Part shown: positions 44,860-53,454 of the stretch, piece by piece | Layout of the letters: each line of letters starts with the position of its first letter | Numbering within the stretch: position 1 is the first letter of the stretch | From: an uncultured Halobacteriales archaeon | Lineage (GTDB): Archaea; Thermoplasmatota; E2; JACPAO01; JAHFTW01 | Reading direction: 5' to 3' | NCBI GenBank assembly: GCA_964643795.1 | Contig: CAZXUC010000016.1 | Span: 5,102 to 69,101, forward strand | DNA length: 64,000 nucleotides | Translations under genes and position numbers: made by a program | The notes under the pieces: generated by a model | Databases searched by the model: none | What the model saw: the letters and a program-made list of their open reading frames with translations, nothing else | Told to the model about the DNA's origin: nothing

Positions 44860-46887
44860 TCATTGCTTCCCGTATCGCGCTGCTCCGTGCAGCCAGATGG
44901 CTTCCCGCATCATCTGCGCGGTCTTGGCATCCTGGCTTTCCTGCAGGGCGCGCATTCCGTCGGGGGACGAAACCTGCGACCGAACTGCGTATCGGTTGCC
45001 ATGGATAGAGGGGAATCGGAAGTCGCGGAACAGCTCGTTGAGTCCGCGTTGGAGCCGGTTGCGGTCGGCGTGGACGACCAGGAGGTCGATGTCGCTCTCG
45101 CGGTCGGCCGTGCCTCGGGCGACGCTGCCGAAGAGGGCGATGGCTTCGACATCGGGAAACTCGTCCAAGATCTCGCGTCGGATTTCCTGGACGACCGGGC
45201 GAAACGTGCTGCTCGCTGGTGGGATGCGCAGCAAGGGGTCCACGTCGCGGCCCACGCGTTGCTCGACGGCGTGCAGAATCCAGTCGTTCATGGAGCCGAG
45301 GGCTGCGCTCTCCACGAGTTCATAGAGCGCTCGGGGCATGCGGATGGTAACAGGCCGCGGCTCCTTCCAGGCCTCCGCGAGCTGGGCGGTCCGCAACAAT
45401 TCGGTTCTCGGAGTCACCGTCCCGTCAGCGGGCGCAGGTTCCGGCTCCTTGCTCTGAAGCAGGGCTTCGGGCGACCAGAGCGACTTGGGGTCGCGCACAT
45501 CGCGCTTGCCAAGTGTGAGGGCCACGGCTCGACTTGCCTCGCTGCTCAGGGCGGGCATGCCAGTGGTGGCGGACTTGCCGGGCATGAGACTGGTGCCTGT
45601 GGAAATGCGGTCGTGGTTGACCTCGACGAGCGGCGCGACTTGGTAGGTCCCTCCGAGCTGGGGGTTGGCCTCCACGAACTTGGGCACGAGCGAGTCGTCG
45701 CGGCAATACTGGAGGATTTCCTTCCGGACATCCTCGACCGGCATCTCGCTCCAGACCCGGCTGTAGGGCAACACGTCGAGGCGCTTGGCGACCTTGGTGA
45801 AGGCTGCATAAGGCGTTGCGATGCCGGCGATGAAGGAGCGGATTTCCTTGTAGAAGCGGTTGTTCTCGGCGTAGCCCTCCTTTGTCGGTGCTTTCCACGG
45901 GATGAGTTCGCTGTCGCCGTCGAAGTAGATGAGGACAAGGAGGCGCCACGTCGTTGGATGCGAGGCGGGAATCATGGCAGCTCCGCGGGTGCCGAAGCCA
46001 ACCGTGCCCTCCTTGAGTGCCTGCACGAAGAGGCGTCCTTTGCCATACATCGTGACACCGCTGAGGTCGCGACTCTGTTCCGGCAGGAGGCCGACGACGG
46101 CTTTCGCGGCCAGTTTGCGGCTCCCGGCGGCGTCGCGGACGTGGAATGTGCGCGTGTGGATGGTGGGCGCGAACCCGGGCGGGTGCGCGAACAGAAACGC
46201 GAACTTGGCGGGGTCGCCATATTCCGCGGCGGTGACTTCGACGGCCCGTTCGCCGTCGTAAAGGGTGAGCCGGAGGCGAGAGGTGGAGGCTTCGCTAAGA
46301 AGGGGGGCGTAGATGCGAGCCAGCCGGGTTTTTAGGGACTCGACGTCCGCGTCGATGAAGACCTCGGCATGCCGGAGCGGGGTCTTCAGATTGGTGAGTT
46401 GGACCTCGAAGGTGCCAGGCGCCAGGGCGGAATTGGGTTCCACATCAGCCCAGAGTGCCCAGTCGTCCGTGGCCCACCAGTCTTTGCTCCATTCGATGCG
46501 ATAGGCAGGCCCCTCGCGGAAGCGGGTGCGCATGACGGCAGTCTCGGCCAGGACGATGCAGGCGATCTTGAGGCCCTGGCCCCAGACGCCAATGGCACGG
46601 TCGTTCGGGTTCTCGACGCCGGCCTTGACCAAGGCCTCGAGACGCTCGACTGGAACGCCACCCCCATCGTCATGGACCCGGATGCGAACAAGGCGGTCCG
46701 CCTCGAAGTCGAAGCGGATGTCGACGTGCAGGTCGTTGACCGTCTCCTGGTCGCGCCAGACGTCGACGGCGTTGTCGATGAGCTCTGCAACGGCGATATC
46801 TGGGGAGTAGGCCCGGGCGGCGTTCAGGAGCACCCGCTTGGAAGGGCTGGCATTCAGCCGAACTCGGGTGGAGTCTACTTCCGCCAC
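44860..46887 (-). CDS. MORC/GHKL-family ATPase fused to RHH and a minimal nucleotidyltransferase (MNT)
   Basis: GHKL motifs AVAELIDNAVD, VHDDGGGV, IGVWGQGLK. S5-like SGVTMYGKGRLF. RHH PVTIRMPRALYELV...SMNDWILHAVE. MNT ALFGSVARGTADRESDIDLLVV (exact GS-X10-DXD). GTG start. Confidence 0.88.
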   Translation of the reverse strand: MAEVDSTRVRLNASPSKRVLLNAARAYSPDIAVAELIDNAVDVWRDQETVNDLHVDIRFDFEADRLVRIRVHDDGGGVPVERLEALVKAGVENPNDRAIGVWGQGLKIACIVLAETAVMRTRFREGPAYRIEWSKDWWATDDWALWADVEPNSALAPGTFEVQLTNLKTPLRHAEVFIDADVESLKTRLARIYAPLLSEASTSRLRLTLYDGERAVEVTAAEYGDPAKFAFLFAHPPGFAPTIHTRTFHVRDAAGSRKLAAKAVVGLLPEQSRDLSGVTMYGKGRLFVQALKEGTVGFGTRGAAMIPASHPTTWRLLVLIYFDGDSELIPWKAPTKEGYAENNRFYKEIRSFIAGIATPYAAFTKVAKRLDVLPYSRVWSEMPVEDVRKEILQYCRDDSLVPKFVEANPQLGGTYQVAPLVEVNHDRISTGTSLMPGKSATTGMPALSSEASRAVALTLGKRDVRDPKSLWSPEALLQSKEPEPAPADGTVTPRTELLRTAQLAEAWKEPRPVTIRMPRALYELVESAALGSMNDWILHAVEQRVGRDVDPLLRIPPASSTFRPVVQEIRREILDEFPDVEAIALFGSVARGTADRESDIDLLVVHADRNRLQRGLNELFRDFRFPSIHGNRYAVRSQVSSPDGMRALQESQDAKTAQMMREAIWLHGAARYGKQ

Positions 46888-46906
46888 AACATCGTCAATG
46901 GCTCAC

Positions 46907-46918
46907 ATATATTTGAAA
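46907..46918 (-). promoter_or_regulatory. TATA-like element of the MORC-MNT/HEPN operon
   Basis: Minus strand TTTCAAATATAT lying 20-31 nt upstream of the GTG at 46887. Confidence 0.5.
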
Positions 46919-46958
46919 TTATCGCTGCCTCAATGATACTTCTTGGATTACGTCTGAC

Positions 46959-47180
46959 TTAGAACACCTGTAGTTCTTGCGCATGCAAGTCCTTCAGGAT
47001 CTGGACGTGACGGCTCTCAGTGTTATCGAGGCGCCGCTGGCCGCGCTTCACAGGCGCCTCGTCAGACCGGAGGTTGAGCTTGAAGTAGCGACCGATTTCT
47101 GCGGGAGAATCTCAGGTTGGTAAAGCAGGTGCCTCAAGACGACGAACTCCGCGGGGGCACGCGTTGCTCCCGAGGGGGCT
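46959..47180 (-). pseudogene. possible eroded 3' fragment of a former upstream gene
   Basis: AEFVVLRHLLYQPEILP, a 1-nt shift in a C run, then AEIGRYFKLNLRSDEAPVKRGQRRLDNTESRHVQILKDLHAQELQVF-TAA. The 5' part is replaced by the IS remnant. Confidence 0.3.
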
Positions 47181-47194
47181 TTGCTGGCCAGATT

Positions 47195-47562
47195 CCCTTC
47201 CGTGCCGATTCGCGGCGCCCGAGCCGGCAGCGGAGCGCGATGGTGCGGGCCTCATGCTCGGCGAAGGCGTTCACGCCGCCCATCGCGACTACAATCGTCC
47301 ACGCCTGCGCCCGGAAGAATGGCTCATGATTGAATGGCCCGCCGGCGAGGAGAAGCCCACCAAGTATTGGCTCTCCACCCTCCCGTCCTCCCGCCGGAAA
47401 TCGATTTCGAGCACCTGGTCCGGCTCGCCAAAATGCGGTGGCGCATCGAGCGCGACTGCCAGGAACTCAAGGACGAATTCGGTCTCGACCACTACGAGGG
47501 CCGTGATGGCGAGGTTTCCACCACCACGCCACCCTGTGCATTGCCGCGTACGCCTTTGTTGC
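47195..47562 (+). mobile_element. IS701-family transposase remnant (C-terminal fragment, multiple frameshifts)
   Basis: RFAA...AAHRDY..RPEEWLMIEWPAGEEKPTKYWLSTLP / EIDFEHLVRLAKMRWRIERDCQELKDEFGLDHYEGR / WRGFHHHATLCIAAYAF. An 8-nt tandem duplication (CCCTCCCG TCCTCCCG) and a 1-nt loss break the frame. Confidence 0.85.
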
Positions 47563-48906
47563 TCACGACGACGTCGGTACTTGGCCGCTGGCCCTCATTT
47601 TCTCAAGCTTGGTGGTTGGGTAATACGTGCGGTATCGACCCACACGCTCAGAACGTACAAGACCTGCTTCGGCCAGCTCCCTCGTGTATACGGATACGCG
47701 GCTGGCAGGCAATCCTGCCAGGCGGGACACGGCCTGTTGATTGGCCCCGGGATGCCGGAGAATAGCGGATGCAAGGGAACTTCGGCCTCGCCCGAAAAGG
47801 TATTCGCGTGCCTGGGCTTGCCCATCGGCGCGGACGCCGGCATCGTGGTAATGCAGTATCCTGCTACGGCGGGTGACTCTGATCAAGTTCTCTCGTCGAA
47901 GAATGGCGAGGTGATAGCGCAGAGTCGAGGTGGCCAGTTCCATGACTTGGCGCAGCTTTGTGAACGTGATGCCAGGCTCATGCGCCACAACCGCATAGAT
48001 TTGGGCACGCACTGGGCTTTGAAGCACCTCCCTTCCCGTCTGGCGGGAAAACAGCGCAACTCCTGGAATGCCTGCAAGAAGGCGCCCCAAGAAACGGGTT
48101 TGTGAGGCGAGCCAAGTGACGGCGGCGGCCAAAGCGAGGCCAGCGGCCACAAACACCACCACACGCGGGGCCGGCACTCGATTGACTTCAGAAGCCGCCA
48201 GGCCCAAGGGCGCTAGCGGATCTTCGGTGGCTAGTGGCCTAGCAGGAAGCTCCACTTCCGGATCGCTTCCGGCGTCCACTTGTTGGGTGACGCCACTTTC
48301 GGGACTCGACGGAGACTGCTCGGCGAGTGTCTCGTTGTCGCTCGTGGTGTTGGATCTGCTGGTCGACTCGGGTGTCGAGGTCGTGTTGGTTTGGTTCCCA
48401 GTCACGCCTTCAACCGTCTTGCGGACTTCCTCTTCGGGCGGTGGCGCAGGAAGGGTAATTTCTTCTGGTTGCGAACGTGGCTGGAGCATGCCTTCCAGGT
48501 TTGGGGGAGGGGGTGCCGGGATTCCTCGTCCCCACGTGACGGGGAGCCCACGAATCGCCACATTTATCGGAGTTGACTTGGGCCAGTACTGAACGGCCGT
48601 GCCGTACGCATCCAAGGCCGCGTCCACAGTAGTCCACGGGGTGTCATTCAGGGCATCCGCCTCTTGGACGAGGCCTTCGACTGCCATAGCAGCGTCCTGG
48701 GCCCCTGCGGCGACCTCCTCCTGGACATCGTCCACGAAGTTCCCCACTTGCGCACTAGCGCTGCTGGCCAGCGCCATCAGCATCACGGTGACCGCGCCCA
48801 AGGTTGCGACGACCGCACCAGCACCCACGTCCCATGACGAACCCAAATTCACCAAAAACCTTCCGGTACCCCGCGGGCGGTGTGGAGTCCGACACTTATG
48901 TCGCAA
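47563..48906 (-). CDS. membrane-tethered winged-HTH transcriptional regulator (COG3398-like)
   Basis: Signal-like N-terminus, Pro/Ser/Thr-rich linker, TM VVVFVAAGLALAAAVTWLA, then two wHTH units (RAQIYAVVAHEPGITF...TLRYHLAIL; ILRHPGANQQAVSR...VSVYTRELAEAGLVRSERVGRYRTYY). True start uncertain, possibly GTG 48852. Confidence 0.85.
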   Translation of the reverse strand: MRHKCRTPHRPRGTGRFLVNLGSSWDVGAGAVVATLGAVTVMLMALASSASAQVGNFVDDVQEEVAAGAQDAAMAVEGLVQEADALNDTPWTTVDAALDAYGTAVQYWPKSTPINVAIRGLPVTWGRGIPAPPPPNLEGMLQPRSQPEEITLPAPPPEEEVRKTVEGVTGNQTNTTSTPESTSRSNTTSDNETLAEQSPSSPESGVTQQVDAGSDPEVELPARPLATEDPLAPLGLAASEVNRVPAPRVVVFVAAGLALAAAVTWLASQTRFLGRLLAGIPGVALFSRQTGREVLQSPVRAQIYAVVAHEPGITFTKLRQVMELATSTLRYHLAILRRENLIRVTRRSRILHYHDAGVRADGQAQAREYLFGRGRSSLASAILRHPGANQQAVSRLAGLPASRVSVYTRELAEAGLVRSERVGRYRTYYPTTKLEKMRASGQVPTSS

Positions 48907-49014
48907 CCTTGCTTATAGGCGGGCGCTCAGCAGCTCTGCGAGGTCGTTGCTCATCTAGGCCACCACCCGCAACGGGAAGGACCATAGCGCGGAATCAAGT
49001 CGCGCGCTTGCATC

Positions 49015-50028
49015 ATGCCTTCCTTGCCTCCCCCGCCCACCTGGACGGGTGTCTTGGTCCGATTCGGCGAGATCGGCATCAAGTCGGCGCCTGTGCGGCG
49101 CCAGATGGCCGAACGGCTGCGCAGAAACCTCGAGGACGGGCTGGAGCGCGACCGCATCGAAGGCGGTGTCGCGCGCATCGGTTCGCGCCTCTGGATGACG
49201 GGGCCGGACGCAGCGAGGCTAGTTGACGTGGCGTGTAGGACGTTCGGGGTCGTTTCAGCAAGCCCCTGCATCCGCGTGCCCGCGACGATGGAGGCGATGG
49301 GAGACGCGGCCGCTGCGCTTGCCCTTGCTGAACCGTGGACGACGTTCGCGATCAGGGCGCGTCGTGAAGGCAAGCACTCGTTTACCAGCCAGGATATCGG
49401 CATCCAAGTCGGGTCAGCTGTCTTCGCGGCGGCAGCCGCGGCCGGGCGGACGCCCAAGGTCGACTTGACGAAGCCAGACTTTGCCGTCGAAGTCGATGTC
49501 CGACAGGACAAGGCCTTCCTCTTCGCCAACTACTTCGCCGGTCCAGGCGGCCTGCCGATTGGATCGCAGGGAACCGTGGCGGCCCTCGTGTCGGACGAGG
49601 CGTCGTTCGTCGCGGCGTGGCTCATGATGCGGCGCGGCTGCAACGTCATCCCCATCCATGCTGGCACTACGGGGTCCCTCGAGACGGACGCAGCGGCGGC
49701 CTTGGCACGCTGGGGCATGCCGCCGGACGTCGAGGTCCTGCCCATCTGCGCCGGAACCGTCGCTAAACCCGTCCTGCTCGAAGCCGCCGCACGAGTGGCC
49801 GCACAACGTCGCGCCATCGCCCTCGTCACCGGCGAGACGATTGAGTCCTCCCTGGTCGCTGCGTCCATTCCCGTTCTTCGGCCCGTGTGCGGCTTGGTCC
49901 GAAGCGAATACGAGCGTTGGCGCACGCGCATTGGGCTGGTTCCTTTCGCGTCCAATTCGATTCTGGATGCCGCTTCCACCGAGACCGTCGACTCCGTCCT
50001 TTCGCTGCATCGGACGGTGACGCAATGA
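49015..50028 (+). CDS. thiI: THUMP-domain ThiI-like protein with a degenerate PP-loop
   Basis: LVRFGEIGIKS, THUMP TFAIRARR.GKH.FTS...KVDLTKPD, GGLPIGSQG, WLMMRRG. SGGxDS is replaced by SDEAS. Confidence 0.85.
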   Translation: MPSLPPPPTWTGVLVRFGEIGIKSAPVRRQMAERLRRNLEDGLERDRIEGGVARIGSRLWMTGPDAARLVDVACRTFGVVSASPCIRVPATMEAMGDAAAALALAEPWTTFAIRARREGKHSFTSQDIGIQVGSAVFAAAAAAGRTPKVDLTKPDFAVEVDVRQDKAFLFANYFAGPGGLPIGSQGTVAALVSDEASFVAAWLMMRRGCNVIPIHAGTTGSLETDAAAALARWGMPPDVEVLPICAGTVAKPVLLEAAARVAAQRRAIALVTGETIESSLVAASIPVLRPVCGLVRSEYERWRTRIGLVPFASNSILDAASTETVDSVLSLHRTVTQ

Positions 50029-51023
50029 ACATCCTCGTCGCTGGTGCCGGCGCGATTGGCCAATGGTTGGCGGCCCTACTGCTGCGCGACGGCAAGCAGG
50101 TCACGGTCCTGGCCCGCCCCCGTCACGCGGCAGCAATAGCGGGCGAGGGCTTGCGCATCCATGGCAGCACCGAACTGCATGGGCACCTGCATGCCGTGTC
50201 GGAAGTCGGGCAAGCCGGCCGCGGCTTCGATGCGGCATTCCTCACCTGCAAAGCCCACTCGACCGCCGAACTCGGCGCTGCGATCGCTCCTCTTCTTGCT
50301 CCCTCAGGCGTCATCGTGTCGCTGCAAAACGGCCTCGGGAATGCGGAGAAGCTTGCAACCATCCTACCCATCGACCGCATCGCCGTTGCGCTCACGAGCA
50401 ACGGCGTCACGGTCGAGCGCCCGGGCCTCCTCCATCACGCTGGGACGGGCCCGACGCTGGTTGGTCCGGCGCCACTCCATCCCGGAAGGCCGGCGGCGGT
50501 CGGGACGCAAAAGGCCGCGCGCACGGCCTTCACCGTCCTCGCGGAGGTCGGACTTGAACCGGAATGGCACGACGCCATGCGGCCGCAGATCTGGCGCAAG
50601 GCAATCGTCAACTCTGCGGTGAACCCGATTGCGGCGCTGCACGGACTCACGAACGGGAAACTCCTGGACTCACCCCAGCATTTCACCGCAGCATCCGCCA
50701 TCGTCGTCGAGGGGGAGCAGGTGGCGCACGCGGCAAAGGTCGGGCTGCCGAAGGGCGACATGCTCGACGCATTGCGGTCGACCCTGTCTCGCACGAGCGA
50801 GAACAGGGTCAGCATGCTGCAAGACGTCGAAGCCAAACGGCCGACAGAAATCGAGCAGATCACGGGACGCATGGTCCGGCTTGGAGCCAGATTGGGCGTC
50901 GCGATGCCACGCAGCAACGATGCGTATGCGCGCCTCAAGACGTTGGAAGCCAGCTACCTGGGCGCGACGGCTTCAGAGAAACTCACGCACGACGAAGTCA
51001 AGTGGGAGCAGCACCCGTTCTGA
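50025..51023 (+). CDS. panE: 2-dehydropantoate (ketopantoate) reductase
   Basis: MNILVAGAGAIG Rossmann motif, LTCKAH, SLQNGLGN, IWRKAIVNSAVNPI, SMLQDVEAKRPTEIEQITG. ATGA overlap with thiI. Confidence 0.93.
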   Translation: MNILVAGAGAIGQWLAALLLRDGKQVTVLARPRHAAAIAGEGLRIHGSTELHGHLHAVSEVGQAGRGFDAAFLTCKAHSTAELGAAIAPLLAPSGVIVSLQNGLGNAEKLATILPIDRIAVALTSNGVTVERPGLLHHAGTGPTLVGPAPLHPGRPAAVGTQKAARTAFTVLAEVGLEPEWHDAMRPQIWRKAIVNSAVNPIAALHGLTNGKLLDSPQHFTAASAIVVEGEQVAHAAKVGLPKGDMLDALRSTLSRTSENRVSMLQDVEAKRPTEIEQITGRMVRLGARLGVAMPRSNDAYARLKTLEASYLGATASEKLTHDEVKWEQHPF

Positions 51024-51026
51024 TGC

Positions 51027-51257
51027 GTGGCGCTGCGGGTTCTCCAGGTGGTGGGCGCCGTGGTGGCCGTCGCCGTCGGCTTCGGTTTGGGCTTTTTCTT
51101 CCTCTTTGCGTCGCTCTGCACGGATGGCCCAAGCGCGCCGAGTCGTCACACCTCAGTAGCCAGCACGGGACGCTGGTTTCCGGCGAATGCTTCCCACAAA
51201 GACCTGCGCCGGTGCTCGGCCCCGGTTCGCACTCTTCTTGCCTGGGTGCGTTCCTAG
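51027..51257 (+). CDS. possible small single-TM protein
   Basis: GTG 3 nt after the panE stop and a strongly hydrophobic N-terminus. Its 3' part overlaps the tail of the opposite-strand DUF998-like gene. Confidence 0.25.
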   Translation: MALRVLQVVGAVVAVAVGFGLGFFFLFASLCTDGPSAPSRHTSVASTGRWFPANASHKDLRRCSAPVRTLLAWVRS

Positions 51258-51935
51258 GTGCGTTCGATTGGCGCTGGTGCGCGCCCGCGGCGGTCGACCG
51301 GGTGCAAGAGGCTGACCAGGGGTTTGCGCGGGTGGGTCCGCGACTTTGCGCAGCTTGAAGGCGAGCATGACGAACCAGGTCACGATCAAGCCGACGAGGA
51401 TCCGTTGCACAGGTCCGCGCACGGCGTGGTCTTGCAGGGTCGAGACGAGGTAGATGATCCATGAGGCAGTGACGAGCAGGCCCAAGACGAGGGAGACGCC
51501 GGCAAAGCGAGCGAGGCTTGGGCTGGCCCTGAAGGCGGGCGTGAGGACGACCATGGCCGCCCCGAGCAGGACGAACGTGGTGAGGGCAGCATCGTCGTGA
51601 ATCGTTCCGCGCACAGTGACGGGGTAGACTTCGTCGGCGGGGAACGTGGCAAGTAGGACAGCGCCCAAGCCGGCAAGGCACAGCATCCACAATCCGATGC
51701 GCTTCGATGGGCAATCGCGCATGCAGGGCTTGAGCGCCCAGATGAGCATGGTCGAGCCGAGGATGAAGGTGTAGACGAGGAGCGCCCAGAACAAACCGAA
51801 CGGGGAGTTGGCGAACTGACTCATGTGCGACGGCATGTTGCCGAGATTCGCGACGTGCAGCGCCAGGAGGCCTGCGCAGAACGCCGCCGTCGCGAGCAGG
51901 CCCACGAGAGCCATGCGGTTGCGCCGCAGCCGCAT
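51153..51935 (-). CDS. DUF998-like membrane protein
   Basis: LALHV....SHMSQFA, LATFPAD...RGTIH, QRILVG motifs and 5 TMs. Start uncertain (51914, 51935 or further upstream). Confidence 0.75.
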   Translation of the reverse strand: MRLRRNRMALVGLLATAAFCAGLLALHVANLGNMPSHMSQFANSPFGLFWALLVYTFILGSTMLIWALKPCMRDCPSKRIGLWMLCLAGLGAVLLATFPADEVYPVTVRGTIHDDAALTTFVLLGAAMVVLTPAFRASPSLARFAGVSLVLGLLVTASWIIYLVSTLQDHAVRGPVQRILVGLIVTWFVMLAFKLRKVADPPAQTPGQPLAPGRPPRARTSANRTHLGTHPGKKSANRGRAPAQVFVGSIRRKPASRAGY

Positions 51936-52325
51936 CAGAGCAAGGTCGCCTCGCGATTCGACGCGGGCCGCGCGGGCCCGGCCTGCAAGCCGAAACGCCC
52001 GCGAGCCAAGGGAGGCGGGAAATCCACGGCGGGCAAGTCGGGCGGCCCAGCGCCCCGCGCGCACGGGTTGCCGCATGGCTGGCTTCGAGTTGTGACTCGC
52101 GGCAAGCAACCGTGCGGGATGGTTCTCGGTTTTGTGCGAAGGCGCGACGGTCACACCGCCGCTGTTGTAGGGAAGGTAGCGAGTCATGGCCAAGGACAAC
52201 GAAGAGGCGGCCTCTCCAACGTCCCATTGGACTCGTCCCCCCATTAGATGGCGCAAGCCCGCACCAGTGGACGCTCAGGTCTTCGTCCCTGGCTTGCCGG
52301 TGCGAAGGCCAATACATGTGACCCG

Positions 52326-52352
52326 CGGGACGGCGGCGTTGCCGCCGTCCCG
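52326..52352. terminator. perfect 12-bp GC-rich hairpin downstream of guaAB
   Basis: CGGGACGGCGGC-GTT-GCCGCCGTCCCG. Confidence 0.5.
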
Positions 52353-52358
52353 GACATG

Positions 52359-52448
52359 TAGCCGACCGTTCCCACTGTTCCGACGATTCCGACAAATCCG
52401 CCTAATCCGGCTAATCCGAATGATCCGGCTAATCCGACTACTCCCACT
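52359..52448. repeat. degenerate 9-bp tandem repeat, 10 units
   Basis: tagccgacc gttcccact gttccgacg attccgaca aatccgcct aatccggct aatccgaat gatccggct aatccgact actcccact. Confidence 0.85.
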
Positions 52449-53406
52449 CGACGGTCGCCGGCGGCTTATCCGTAATATCGTAGACGACCCGGTTGACCTT
52501 CGACTTGAGCTGCGGGTGGTTGGTGATCCCCCGCGCAATCTTCGCAAGGACATCGTGCGGCACGTGGCACGCTGTCGCGGTCATTGCGTCGGAGCTTGCG
52601 ACCGCCCGGACGCCCACGGTCTCGCCGTAGGCGCGGATGTCGCCTTGCACGCCGACCGTGGGCGTGTTCGTGAGGACCGCGAAATATTGCCAGGGATGCT
52701 GCATCTTGCCGGCCTTGACGGCGGCGTCGATCTCGCGCTCGACGATGGCGCAGGATTCGCGGGCGATCATGACGCGCGTGGGGCTCAAGTCCCCGATGAC
52801 GCGGACCGCGAGGCCGGGGCCAGGGAATGGTTGCTTCTCGGCGACTTCGACTTTGAGGTGGCGGGCGACGGCGCGGACCTCGTCCTTGTACAGATGGTAC
52901 AGCGGCTCGCAGAGCTCGAGGTGCATGTCCTTCGGCAGTCCGCCGACGTTGTGGTGCGACTTGATGGTGTCCCGGTTGCCGCCGCCTGATTCAATCCAAT
53001 CGGGGGCGATGGTGCCTTGGACCAACACGGCCGCGCCGGTCTTCTTGGCTTCGCGTTCGAAGATGCGAATGAATTTCTCGCCGATGATCTTGCGTTTGCG
53101 TTCAGGCTCGGTGACTCCCGCGAGTGCAGCAAAGTATTCGTCCGCGGCGTGGACGACGGTGTAGTTGAGGCCCATGCGCTTCATCATCGCCTCGACTTCC
53201 TCGGTCTCGCCTTTGCGCATGAAGCCGGTATCGACGTAGACCGCGTGGAGCTTGTCGCCGATGGCCGTATTGACCACGGCGGCCGCGACCGTTGAGTCGA
53301 CGCCTCCGGACAGGGCGATGATGGCTTGCCGGTCGCCGACCTTTTTCTTGACTTCGGCAATCTGCTCGGCGACGAAGGCGCCGGCGTCAAAGACCATCTC
53401 TTCCAT
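52438..53406 (-). CDS. guaAB: GMP synthase (glutamine-hydrolysing) subunit B, ATPPase
   Basis: PP-loop ALSGGVDSTVAA, VDTGFMRKGE, DPERKRKIIG-like EPERKRKIIG, VQGTIAPDWIES, IKSHHNVGGLP, QPFPGPGLAVR, RVVYDITDKPPATVEWE. Start 53406 or 53397. Confidence 0.96.
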   Translation of the reverse strand: MEEMVFDAGAFVAEQIAEVKKKVGDRQAIIALSGGVDSTVAAAVVNTAIGDKLHAVYVDTGFMRKGETEEVEAMMKRMGLNYTVVHAADEYFAALAGVTEPERKRKIIGEKFIRIFEREAKKTGAAVLVQGTIAPDWIESGGGNRDTIKSHHNVGGLPKDMHLELCEPLYHLYKDEVRAVARHLKVEVAEKQPFPGPGLAVRVIGDLSPTRVMIARESCAIVEREIDAAVKAGKMQHPWQYFAVLTNTPTVGVQGDIRAYGETVGVRAVASSDAMTATACHVPHDVLAKIARGITNHPQLKSKVNRVVYDITDKPPATVEWE

Positions 53407-53429
53407 CTGATGCGGCGACGGAAGGCCGC

Positions 53430-53440
53430 TTGAAAGGGGT
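53430..53440 (-). promoter_or_regulatory. TATA-like promoter of guaAB
   Basis: ACCCCTTTCAA ending 24 nt before ATG 53406. Same motif and spacing as at pyrE. Confidence 0.6.
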
Positions 53441-53454
53441 TTGGGGCGCTTGAG

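Noticed and set aside
47164-48105. 313-aa plus-strand ORF as an intact transposase
   Set aside because: Only about 45 aa match IS701 before a frameshift. The rest is antisense to the wHTH gene.
52244-52447. Collagen-like Gxx ORF (MGVVGLAGSFGLAGLGG...)
   Set aside because: It is a by-product of the 9-bp tandem repeat, starts inside the guaAB stop region and has no independent start signal. It is kept only as a repeat.
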